From contig JALHQN010000010.1 in the NCBI GenBank assembly GCA_022841915.1, positions 101,426 to 165,425 on the forward strand: DNA of 64,000 nt. Reading direction: 5' to 3'. This stretch comes from Burkholderiales bacterium (GTDB lineage: Bacteria; Pseudomonadota; Gammaproteobacteria; Burkholderiales; WYBJ01). A program made the translations under genes and the position numbers. Below the pieces are notes generated by a model. The model made no database searches, was not told where the DNA came from, and was given only the letters and a program-made list of their open reading frames with translations. Positions 55,876 through 64,000 of the stretch are shown in pieces (positions within the stretch are counted from its first letter, which is position 1; the number at the start of each line of letters is the position of its first letter).

Positions 55876-56861
55876 GAGCTCTGCTCCAGCGCCGGCTTCG
55901 CGATTTCGCGATACCACGCCGCCGTCTGAATGACCGCAGACGCCTGATCATGAGGCAACGGCCCGACTACCGCTTCCAGATTTCTCGTATCGAACACGTA
56001 AGGAGTCAGGATGTTACGCAACCGGAACGACGTGAATTTGAAGCCCGGCGCTACTGTGGCATTTAGCAAGTCACCGAGGCGACCGAGCAATCGTGCAATC
56101 GGCGCAGGAACGACGGGAGCAGGTCGTACGCCCAACTGGGCTGAGAGAGCGTCGCACCAGCTGCGCAAATCGATCGGCTCATAGTCGGCGATGTAAAAAG
56201 TCTGGCCATGGACCGCCGCTGCGGGTGCCGAAAGCAGGCGCTCAATCTGATACGTGGCGTTGTGAATGTACGAGAAGGATTTCGGGACACGTTGGGAGCC
56301 AGCGTGAAAGTACAGCCGGCGCTCGAGATAGCGTAACAGGCTTAGATAGTGATCGCTCATACCTGGCCCCCAGACTGTGGTCGGGCGAAGTATCGCCCAC
56401 TCGGGTGCTCCTCCGTCTAGACCACGCACGATGCGCTCGGTGATTACCTTGCTCTCGCCGTAACTGGTGTCTGGGGCGTAGTCGGTGTCGTGGGCCGGGA
56501 TCCTGCCGACCCGCGACACGAGCTGAGTCGATGTCCATAGCACGCGATCGACGCACCCCGCGCGGCCGATGGCGCGCATTAGATGTAGCACACCATCAAT
56601 ATTCGCGTTGTACTTGATCACCGAATCGGACGACAGGTCGGTGCGGGCGGCCAAGTGGACGATTTGCTCGGGGCGAACGGTATCGACGATCCGTTGCAGT
56701 GACGCGCTGTCATTCAAATCAAGGACATGGTCGTTGGCATGCGGGGTACGCCAACGCGGGGGCTTTGCATCGATGCCGTGAGTTTCGTAGCCATTGCGGC
56801 GCAAGCGTTCGACCAAAGCCGAGCCGACGAAACCAGAACTTCCTGTAACTAATATTCTCAT
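55872..56861 (-). CDS. NAD-dependent nucleotide-sugar epimerase/dehydratase (extended SDR)
   Basis: MRILVTGSSGFVGS Rossmann motif and YGESK catalytic motif. Confidence 0.85.
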   Translation of the reverse strand: MRILVTGSSGFVGSALVERLRRNGYETHGIDAKPPRWRTPHANDHVLDLNDSASLQRIVDTVRPEQIVHLAARTDLSSDSVIKYNANIDGVLHLMRAIGRAGCVDRVLWTSTQLVSRVGRIPAHDTDYAPDTSYGESKVITERIVRGLDGGAPEWAILRPTTVWGPGMSDHYLSLLRYLERRLYFHAGSQRVPKSFSYIHNATYQIERLLSAPAAAVHGQTFYIADYEPIDLRSWCDALSAQLGVRPAPVVPAPIARLLGRLGDLLNATVAPGFKFTSFRLRNILTPYVFDTRNLEAVVGPLPHDQASAVIQTAAWYREIAKPALEQSS

Positions 56862-58084
56862 AATTTACACAGTGGGCTGGCCGCGGTGCGGCTCACGAAC
56901 ATCCATGTGAGGCAGGCGTACACTGATGCACCCATCAGGGTCGCTGCAACTAGGCCCGCAATGCCGAACGACGGGGTCAAAGCTGCCCCGAGCGCCAGCA
57001 CTACCAGTACCGTGATCGACTGAGCGCGGAATATGCTGCGCTCCCGGTAAGTTGCGTTCAACACCATGGCGTTGTAGTCGGCCACCCCCCTCACGGTATA
57101 GGCGAGTAGGAGGATGATTAGTACTGCTGGCGTAATGGAGTCGAGCGCACTGATGTTAGCCGCCCATTGGGTTTCGGTAAGGAACGCAGCCGCTATCACT
57201 GCTAGCGACAAAGCGAGGTAGCGACGGCGTTCGCTACGAATCAAGAGCATTGCTTCCGCCCTCCTTTGCGCCTGAAGGTGTCCATAGAGCCGGTGCATGA
57301 TTCTATTGTGAGAAACGACGCCGAAAGCTTGATAGGCTGCGGCCGCCACGAAAACATGGCGGAAATAGAGGCCGGTTTCTTCTAGGGAAAGGAAGCCACC
57401 GGCCATCAGCCGATCAATTTGCAGCGAGGTAAGTGCGACCAAACCTATCATGAAATGTGTTCGTGATTGACGCAACTGAGTCCTTAGTGACACTAAGGCG
57501 CTTGCCTCGCCATTTGGGCCTTGAGCAGACAGCGTACGAAGCATGGCGGCGCTCGCGATTGCGGCCAGAAGCGCGAACGCGGTCCACGTCCATAGCAATT
57601 GTTCGAGTTCGAGCGCTTGTCCGCGCATTGCAAACACTGCGGCCACGACCATGAGCAGCAGGTTCTTTATCAGCCCCGCGAGAAGGATCCAGCGATGACG
57701 ACTCGAGATCAGTGCCACCCGGTACGCCTCGGTCGACAGGTGCTCGCAGACTGCGATCACCGACCAAAGAAGGACGGCGAGCCGATCCAGTTGCGCCCAA
57801 TAGTGCAGTAGCAAGGCAAGTGGTGTCAGCCACAAGAGATGACCGACCGCGAAGAAGCGCAGCGTGGCCAGTATGAGTTTGTTCACTTCCGGCGGGCTTT
57901 TTCCAACCAGTGAACGCTGCAGATCGAGGTAGCGTTCGAATCCGCTAAAGAATGCGAACAACGCGATCAAGGTCAAGGCGAGGCCGAATTGCCCGGATGC
58001 GCGCGCTGGCAGCGTATACAAGGCGATCAGAAGGAAGAGTGACCGAGCGGCGATATCGCCCAGCTTGATCGCAGCGATCAGCAT
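56858..58084 (-). CDS. Polytopic membrane protein, candidate O-unit flippase (Wzx / polysaccharide biosynthesis protein family)
   Basis: 408 aa with about 12 hydrophobic segments, overlapping the downstream epimerase gene by 4 nt. Confidence 0.6.
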   Translation of the reverse strand: MLIAAIKLGDIAARSLFLLIALYTLPARASGQFGLALTLIALFAFFSGFERYLDLQRSLVGKSPPEVNKLILATLRFFAVGHLLWLTPLALLLHYWAQLDRLAVLLWSVIAVCEHLSTEAYRVALISSRHRWILLAGLIKNLLLMVVAAVFAMRGQALELEQLLWTWTAFALLAAIASAAMLRTLSAQGPNGEASALVSLRTQLRQSRTHFMIGLVALTSLQIDRLMAGGFLSLEETGLYFRHVFVAAAAYQAFGVVSHNRIMHRLYGHLQAQRRAEAMLLIRSERRRYLALSLAVIAAAFLTETQWAANISALDSITPAVLIILLLAYTVRGVADYNAMVLNATYRERSIFRAQSITVLVVLALGAALTPSFGIAGLVAATLMGASVYACLTWMFVSRTAASPLCKL

Positions 58085-58127
58085 GGCAACCAGCTTAGAC
58101 GAAACGACGGCCCATGCACAATGCAGG

Positions 58128-58934
58128 TTACCAACAGGTCCAGCCGCCGTCGACGGCGAGCACCTGCCCGGTTACGTAGCTCGAGGCGTCCGATGCGAGG
58201 TAGAGTAACGCAGGGACGATTTCGTCGGCTTCGGCCATGCGCCCAAGTGGTACGCGACTCGAATAGCGTTCCGAAAACACGCTGTTCTGTCCGCTGGACA
58301 CGCCGCCTGGAACCAAGCAGTTGACCCGGATGCGGGCTGGTGCCCAATAAGTTGCGAGCCAGCGAGTAAGCCCCACGACGGCTGCCTTGGAGGCAGCATA
58401 GACTGCCGGGGTATTGATGGGGCCGCCGAGGTAGTCCGAGCCCTCGTAGATGCGGTTGTCCGGTGCGACCAAGCCGTATATGGACGCAGTCTGGACGATG
58501 ACGCCACCCTCGCCCCTTTCGACCATATGGCGCCCCACTGCCTGGGCCATGAGGAACATGCCGTCGATATTCACCGACATGACGTTACGCCAAGTCTCCA
58601 ACGAGTAATCCTCGAATGGTGCAAAGAATGCACGGACATCTCTGGTCTTGGTGGCTGCGTTGTTGTGCAGCACGTCGATGGCACCAAAGCGGTTGATGAT
58701 TGCATCAACACACGACCTCACCGAATCCGGCGATGACACGTCGCAGGCGAAACCCGACGCGTCCGTGTCGAGCGCAGAGGCCAGGGATTCGGCCTCTCCG
58801 ACATCGATGTCGACGACAGCAATTCGGGCGCCAGCAGACGACAGTCCCTCACAGAAGCGCCGGCCAAGGACGCCCACCCCGCCGGTTACGACGACCACCT
58901 TGCCCGCCATGCGGTATCTGTCGAGCGCATTCAT
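58128..58934 (-). CDS. SDR-family oxidoreductase
   Basis: VVVVTGGVGVLG Rossmann motif and YAASKAAV catalytic motif. Confidence 0.85.
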   Translation of the reverse strand: MNALDRYRMAGKVVVVTGGVGVLGRRFCEGLSSAGARIAVVDIDVGEAESLASALDTDASGFACDVSSPDSVRSCVDAIINRFGAIDVLHNNAATKTRDVRAFFAPFEDYSLETWRNVMSVNIDGMFLMAQAVGRHMVERGEGGVIVQTASIYGLVAPDNRIYEGSDYLGGPINTPAVYAASKAAVVGLTRWLATYWAPARIRVNCLVPGGVSSGQNSVFSERYSSRVPLGRMAEADEIVPALLYLASDASSYVTGQVLAVDGGWTCW

Positions 58935-58937
58935 AAG

Positions 58938-60329
58938 TCAGTTGTGCGTGCGAAACACAGGGCGGATTGCCGGACCGATCAGAAAATCATCCACCTTGCC
59001 TTCGAGTGCTTGTGCATACACCTCGAGTGCGCCATCGAGGGCAGCTACAGTCTGTTCAAGCTCCGACGCGCCGTGCGACTGGGAAATCGCGATCCATGGC
59101 ATCATGACGCCGCGTTTCAGAAGCTCTTGCGCAAGCAAAGTACGAAAGGCAAGAGATACTTCTCCGTCCCGATCGCGCGTGATGTAATTGAGCGAGATAG
59201 CCGGACCTTCGGTGTAGACGTACGAACCGAGCCCGTGTTTCGCAGACAAGGACGCGAAAGCTTCTTGGAGCGATCGCCCATAGCGCCATAGGTGGGCGCA
59301 CACATCCTCGCCCTTGTAGATGCGCACAGTCTCCATGAAGGCCCCCAGGCCGGTCATTTCGGCACCGTGTGTGGTCGAGAGGAGGAACGTGCGCTCCATG
59401 CCGGGACGGTCGATCGCACCGACCTCCATGACCTCGCGCTTCCCGCCGACTGCGGCCACCGAGTATCCGTTGGCCATGCCTTTGCCAAATGTGGTGAGAT
59501 CCGGGTGAACATCGAAAAACGTCTGGGCTCCGGCAAGGTGCCAGCGGAACCCCGTGATCATCTCATCGAAAATAAGCAGCGCCCCGGCGTTGTCGCAGAG
59601 CTTGCGGGCTTGGCGCAGGAAGTTGTCCTCTCGGCGAGAGCAGTTTGCGCAGCTCTGGGCAGGCCAGCAGCTGGGGACATCGCAGTCGGGCGGACAGGGA
59701 ATGAGCGTTGTCGCCGGTTCGAGCATGACTGCAGCAATCTGCTGGGGGTGTTCTTCGAACAGGCGCCGCAGCGACGCGGTGTCGCCGTAATCGAAGACCA
59801 GCGTTGCTGCCGACTGTTCGGTCGGGATGCCGCGCTTGATGGCGGTGGTACCGATGAACCAGTCGTCGAAGGAGAAGAACGGTTGTTGGCGCGGGACGCA
59901 GACATAGCGTTTGCCTGTGTAGGCGCGGGCGATCTTCAGTGCTGCCGTCGTCACGTTCGATCCGTTCTTGCCGAACTTGACCATATCCACCGACGGGACG
60001 AGATCGATGAGCGTTTCGGCTGCCTGCAACTCCGTGAGCGTTGCGCGCGTCAGGTTTACCCCCTTTTCCATCTCTGCCGCGGCAGCCGCATTCACTCGCG
60101 CATCGGCGTACCCTAGGGTGACGGCACGCAACGCCATGCCATAGTCAAGGTAGCAGTTGCCGCGACTATCCCAGACATGGGCGCCTTTGCCGCGGACCAA
60201 CACGGGCGGGGCGATCGCCGGAAATTGATCGTCGCCACGCGAGTAAGTATGGGCGCCCCCGGGGATCGCGCGATGCAGCCGCGCCCGCAGTTGCTGGAAA
60301 TCGCTGTCGCTCGTGGTCATATCCGCCAT
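58938..60329 (-). CDS. Class III (GSA-aminomutase-like) PLP aminotransferase with a Cys-rich insertion
   Basis: GGAHTYSRG ... LIFDEMITGFRW ... TFGKGMANG (PLP lysine). There is an extra CPPDCDVPSCWPAQSCANC segment. An alternative start, ATG 60320, overlaps the upstream TGA. Confidence 0.85.
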   Translation of the reverse strand: MADMTTSDSDFQQLRARLHRAIPGGAHTYSRGDDQFPAIAPPVLVRGKGAHVWDSRGNCYLDYGMALRAVTLGYADARVNAAAAAEMEKGVNLTRATLTELQAAETLIDLVPSVDMVKFGKNGSNVTTAALKIARAYTGKRYVCVPRQQPFFSFDDWFIGTTAIKRGIPTEQSAATLVFDYGDTASLRRLFEEHPQQIAAVMLEPATTLIPCPPDCDVPSCWPAQSCANCSRREDNFLRQARKLCDNAGALLIFDEMITGFRWHLAGAQTFFDVHPDLTTFGKGMANGYSVAAVGGKREVMEVGAIDRPGMERTFLLSTTHGAEMTGLGAFMETVRIYKGEDVCAHLWRYGRSLQEAFASLSAKHGLGSYVYTEGPAISLNYITRDRDGEVSLAFRTLLAQELLKRGVMMPWIAISQSHGASELEQTVAALDGALEVYAQALEGKVDDFLIGPAIRPVFRTHN

Positions 60330-60982
60330 ATCGCTTCCTTGTCTTGCTTGACCCGAATCAAATGATTGCGCGGGTTCCCGATATAAACGCTGTTCGCGGG
60401 TAGATCACGGTCCAACAGTAGCGACTCTGCAGCGATCGTGCAGTTCTCGCCCACGGACGAATCTCCCAGCACCGCGCTTCCGGGGCGCAGCGTGACATGC
60501 TTCCCCAGGCTGGGATAGATGTCGTGATTGCTGCCTATTCCGCAGCGCTGGTAGACGAGTAGGTAGTCGTCGTAGCGGCCCCGCCCGAGCACCGTGCCCA
60601 GGGGATGCACCAGCAGGAAGATACGCGGCAGTTCGACCTCGTAGAACAGGTCGCAGCCATGCAGTGCCTTGTTGAGCAGGAAGAGCTTCTTGCAGGCGTC
60701 GCGGGGGCCGTTCAACGCATGGAGCTCGTTCGACAGCAGGTAGAGCCACATCGCATACTGATCGCCGTGCAGATGATCGAACACTACGCCATCGCCGTCA
60801 AAAAAATACTTGCTGGCGATATGCGAGAAGCAATGCTCTAACCGCTCGAGAGCCCCGCGCACGGCGGGGCTGAGATCGGCTGCTTGAAGGCTGTACTCGT
60901 CTGGGAATAGATTATTCGCCTGCCGTGCTGCAAGCGCGGCAAGGCCATCGGCAGAAAGGCTGGCGCGTACAAGTAGACTCAA
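60317..60982 (-). CDS. Left-handed beta-helix acyl/acetyltransferase with a CysE-like N-terminal helical domain
   Basis: VHPLGTVLGRG ... IGSNHDIYPSLGKHVTLRPGSAVLGDSSVGENCTIAAESLL hexapeptide repeats. The proposed TTG 60982 overlaps the hisF-like TGA (TTGA). The longer track ORF would overlap the hisF-like gene. Confidence 0.7.
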   Translation of the reverse strand: MSLLVRASLSADGLAALAARQANNLFPDEYSLQAADLSPAVRGALERLEHCFSHIASKYFFDGDGVVFDHLHGDQYAMWLYLLSNELHALNGPRDACKKLFLLNKALHGCDLFYEVELPRIFLLVHPLGTVLGRGRYDDYLLVYQRCGIGSNHDIYPSLGKHVTLRPGSAVLGDSSVGENCTIAAESLLLDRDLPANSVYIGNPRNHLIRVKQDKEAIWRI

Positions 60983-61755
60983 CTGTGGCTGCCCTTCTGC
61001 GATCTCACACTCACGCCGTTGGTGGCCAGATAACTGCGGACCTTGATCGGACTGTGGTCGGTAAAGAGGAACATGCTGCTTATGGTGATTGCATCGGCGC
61101 CGGCGGCGAACGCCTCGCGACAATGCTGCAGGGTGCCCGCGCCGCTGGAAGCTATCAGCGGAACGTCTAGTCTTTGCGCCGCTTCAGCGATCAAGTCGAG
61201 ATCGTAGCCGTCCATCGTGCCATCGCGGTCGATGGAGCAAAGCATGATCTCGCCGGCATGGGCATCCTGCATGCGCAGCGCCCATTCCAGAGGTGCACGG
61301 GGCGTCGATTCAGTCCCGCAGTGGGAGACTACGCGCTGTTTGCCATCGGCATCACGTTGATAGTCGATGCTCACGACAATGCACTGGTTACCGAACCGTG
61401 AGGCAGCCTCCCTTATGAAGCCAGGATTCTCTATGGCAGCGGTGTTGATGCTTACCTTATCCGCGCCACTGCGCAAAAGGTCGGCGATCTGCCGCAAGTT
61501 CCGGATGCCTCCGCCGACCGTGAATGGCATGAACACTTCCTCTGATACCCGTTCGATGATTGAGCCATCGACGAGCCGTTTTCCTGGCGTTGCATCGATG
61601 TCGACGAACAGTAGTTCGTCGACGCCATAGGAGTCGTAGACCTTGGCAGTCGACACCGGATTTCCGGCCTCGCGAAAATTTTCATGGAAGCGCAGACCCT
61701 TGACCAAGCGTCGGTCGCGGATCAGAAACTTTGGGATGATCCGCTTCTTCAGCAT
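60979..61755 (-). CDS. HisF-like imidazole glycerol phosphate synthase cyclase paralog (WbuZ type)
   Basis: MLKKRIIPKFLI ... VDELLFVDIDA ... TVGGGIR ... DKVSINTAA. Confidence 0.9.
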   Translation of the reverse strand: MLKKRIIPKFLIRDRRLVKGLRFHENFREAGNPVSTAKVYDSYGVDELLFVDIDATPGKRLVDGSIIERVSEEVFMPFTVGGGIRNLRQIADLLRSGADKVSINTAAIENPGFIREAASRFGNQCIVVSIDYQRDADGKQRVVSHCGTESTPRAPLEWALRMQDAHAGEIMLCSIDRDGTMDGYDLDLIAEAAQRLDVPLIASSGAGTLQHCREAFAAGADAITISSMFLFTDHSPIKVRSYLATNGVSVRSQKGSHS

Positions 61756-62372
61756 GGCGGGGTCCAGTTGACCCAATTCTCAATCAACTGCAGGCCGTTG
61801 TCCTGGCTCTTCTCGGGATGGAACTGCGCGGCGACGAGGTTACGCGCGCGAACAACGGCAGTGATCGGTCCCCCATAATCGGTCGTCGCCAGAAGATCCG
61901 CAGGATTGTTGCAGACCATGTGAAAGCTATGGACGAAATAGAAGTTTGCCTCCGTGGGCCGTATCCCGTCGAACAGCCAGTCGTCCTCGGGAAACTGCAG
62001 GTCGTTCCAGCCGACATGCGGAATCTTCAACGGGGGATTCACCTCAAGCCGCCGAACCTCGGCATCGATCCAGCCCAGACCCTCGTGCATGCCATGCTCG
62101 CTACTCGATTTCGCGAACAGCTGCATGCCCAGGCAGATGCCCAGGATCGGCTTCCGATGCTCGTTGGCCTGACGATCGAGGACTTTCTCAAGATTGCGGG
62201 CCCGGATCGCCGCCATCGCATTACCGAAAGCTCCCACCCCGGGAAGTACGACGCGTTGCGCATCCTCGATCGCCGCCGGATCGCAGGTGATCAGTGCTTC
62301 GTGACCGAGGTAGTCGAACGCATTGATCAGCGACCTTAGATTGCCCATCCCATAATCGATCAGCGCAATCAT
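61749..62372 (-). CDS. HisH-like glutamine amidotransferase paralog (WbuY type)
   Basis: MIALIDYGMGNLRSL ... LPGVGAFG ... GICLGMQ ... HSF class-I GATase triad context. Confidence 0.9.
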   Translation of the reverse strand: MIALIDYGMGNLRSLINAFDYLGHEALITCDPAAIEDAQRVVLPGVGAFGNAMAAIRARNLEKVLDRQANEHRKPILGICLGMQLFAKSSSEHGMHEGLGWIDAEVRRLEVNPPLKIPHVGWNDLQFPEDDWLFDGIRPTEANFYFVHSFHMVCNNPADLLATTDYGGPITAVVRARNLVAAQFHPEKSQDNGLQLIENWVNWTPPC

Positions 62373-63559
62373 ACATACTTCTTCAGATGCCCCTCGTCTC
62401 CTTTGTCCGGTCCGACCGGTTTGTCTATCTCGGTGGCATCCCAGCGAGGCATGTCCGGCAGAGGGGCGCCGGAGGCAACCTTGGACGGGTCGAACTTCCA
62501 GGGGAAAACCTGGTGTTTTTCCAGGATTTCGTAGAATTCGCTCTCGGAAACTTGCAGGATATTGAGAAACCAGTCGAGCGAGGCGGGGCGTTTGCCGTCG
62601 TACTGGTTCTCCATCCGGAGCGCGGTTTCACGGTCCATGCGGCCGTTGCGGATGTCAATGCTCAGGAGGTGATTCGCGCGCCCGTATCCGCGCTTAATAA
62701 ACTTGGCGTAGTCGCGCATGCCTTGAAAACTGCACTCGATCTTTTCGTAATCGTACTGTGGCGGAACGCCTTCGACCGGTTGTCCCTTCCAGCCCAATTC
62801 GCGCTTGATGGTCTCGACCTGCTGTTTGGTGTCCCAGGGAATGTAGTTTCCCAGGCAGATGGACTGAACCTTCAGCCGTAGCAGATCCTTGCGTTTCGGA
62901 TAATCGAACATCCAAAGGTCGCGTCGATCAACGCGTCCCTGCAAGAACTCGAACATGTCGTCGGCGGTCATGCCCTGATTCATGAGCCGGTTAAAGCGCT
63001 TCTCGTCGACCTCTTCCATTTCTTCGAACGTGTACCAGCTATGGTACTCCGCCGTGGACTCACCCCAGATCAGAAGCGGGGTGTCGAACCGCAGTGCCAT
63101 GTGCATGACGCCCGCGTAGATGCCGGTATGACAGTGCCAGCAGAAATCGCCGCGTCGCTTCAGCGACTCGAGCATCAATTCCCTGACGACGTGAAAACTC
63201 GGGGTGAACTCCACGACGTCGACGCCGAGCTGCTTGAACACTCGGGTGTTGTTCTCGTCGACGAGCGGCCTGTAACCCCAGTGGTTGAAGCGGACGACCA
63301 ATGGTTTGAGCTTCAACTCCTTGACGACGTACCATAGCTGGAAGGTGCTGTCTTTTCCGCCGCTGAACGGCAGGATGCAGTCGTACAGCCCCTTGTTTCG
63401 ATGTTCATCGATGATCTGCTGTAGTTGCTGTCCCCTCTGTGACCAGTCGATTTGCTCCTTCTTGTACTCGATCTGGCGGCAGACGCTGCAAACCCCGGAT
63501 TCGTCAAACTCGATGGTGTCCACCGTTTCGACGGTGAGGCACTTCTTGCATCTTTTCAT
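62369..63559 (-). CDS. N-acetyl sugar amidotransferase (WbuX/PseA/PtmG family, PP-loop)
   Basis: ATG 63559 is preceded by GGAG. N-terminal CKKC...CSVC zinc ribbon, then the PFSGGKDS PP-loop. Confidence 0.85.
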   Translation of the reverse strand: MKRCKKCLTVETVDTIEFDESGVCSVCRQIEYKKEQIDWSQRGQQLQQIIDEHRNKGLYDCILPFSGGKDSTFQLWYVVKELKLKPLVVRFNHWGYRPLVDENNTRVFKQLGVDVVEFTPSFHVVRELMLESLKRRGDFCWHCHTGIYAGVMHMALRFDTPLLIWGESTAEYHSWYTFEEMEEVDEKRFNRLMNQGMTADDMFEFLQGRVDRRDLWMFDYPKRKDLLRLKVQSICLGNYIPWDTKQQVETIKRELGWKGQPVEGVPPQYDYEKIECSFQGMRDYAKFIKRGYGRANHLLSIDIRNGRMDRETALRMENQYDGKRPASLDWFLNILQVSESEFYEILEKHQVFPWKFDPSKVASGAPLPDMPRWDATEIDKPVGPDKGDEGHLKKYV

Positions 63560-63591
63560 GGCTGCTCCGTTGGTTTGAATGTCGACCGCAG

Positions 63592-64000
63592 TCAAGAGCG
63601 ATCCGCGTTCTTCAATGCGTCGAGGTTGTCCAATACCGCTTCTATGCAAACGAAGTCTAGCAAATCGTCGACCTCGAAATGCTTGTAGCGCGGCATGACG
63701 TGACCCAGCGTTCGGTCATGACAGAATCCATTTTCGCGCCGCAGTGCTTCCGCCGTGGAGATGTACAGGCTGCCGTCGAGCACGTAGAGTGGCTCGATGT
63801 CCTGGCGGCGCGGAAGTTCGCCGAAGCTGGACGCAGCCGCCGGCTGGATTCGCGCATCGACGTCGATGCGAACCGCGAATGCAGGGTGTCCAGTGGTCAT
63901 GCGAGCTATTCCAACGATTGCATCGGCGTGGTCCCGATGTTCGAACAACGCCTCTAGGGCCAAATCGATATCTGTGCCTTCGGTGAGAGGCGACGTGGGC
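63592..64000 (-). CDS. Acylneuraminate (nonulosonate) cytidylyltransferase, C-terminal part (5' end lies off the right window edge)
   Basis: The frame stays open to the window edge (…PTSPLTEGTDIDLALEAL…). PTSPL plus the DID pattern and LDGSLYIS are typical of NeuA/LegF/PseF-family CMP-sugar synthetases. Confidence 0.8.
   Translation of the reverse strand, partial: PTSPLTEGTDIDLALEALFEHRDHADAIVGIARMTTGHPAFAVRIDVDARIQPAAASSFGELPRRQDIEPLYVLDGSLYISTAEALRRENGFCHDRTLGHVMPRYKHFEVDDLLDFVCIEAVLDNLDALKNADRS

Overview
High-GC (roughly two-thirds G+C by eye) chromosomal segment. The three orphan Bug/TctC-type solute receptors, the gene content and the codon bias suggest a betaproteobacterium (Burkholderiales-like), but this is inference only. 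I saw no rRNA, tRNA, CRISPR array, transposase, integrase or phage genes. The window has two parts. (1) Positions 1-32.8 kb are a dense patchwork of small catabolic operons. They include three MmgE/PrpD paralogs, a PuuE-like deacetylase with an allantoate-amidohydrolase-like M20 enzyme, an OtnK/OtnC four-carbon acid-sugar module, an amidase, several SDRs, a split chromate transporter, and a split XdhC with an IscU-like scaffold. The part starts with the 3' end of a GspE-type ATPase gene coupled to an HDOD gene and ends with zapB-like/zapA and a probable 6S RNA. One small islet (22.5-24.9 kb) carries a standalone trypsin-fold protease and an unclassifiable 6-TM protein. It sits where the 5' two-thirds of a now-truncated M20 peptidase gene should be. 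(2) Positions 32.9-64 kb are envelope polysaccharide genes: msbA, core-type glycosyltransferases and an O-antigen ligase. From about 37.4 kb onward the DNA is visibly lower in GC and forms a Wzx/Wzy/Wzz-type locus. That locus encodes a complete legionaminic-acid-type nonulosonic acid pathway (CapD/PglF-like dehydratase, CBS-fused DegT aminotransferase, PglD/NeuD-like acetyltransferase, NeuC, NeuB, NeuA-like). It also encodes an acetimidoyl-forming trio (WbuX/PseA-like amidotransferase with HisH/HisF paralogs), a Lag-1-like acyltransferase and several poorly understood tailoring genes: FkbM methyltransferase, PhyH-like oxygenase, KpsS-like transferase, an SDR, a class-III aminotransferase with a Cys-rich insertion, and a CysE-like acetyltransferase. 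The two convergent halves of the locus meet at a decayed metalloprotease pseudogene. This tailoring-rich nonulosonate locus and the protease islet are the best candidates for undescribed biology. All functional calls come from reading motifs in the supplied translations, and no database search was possible.
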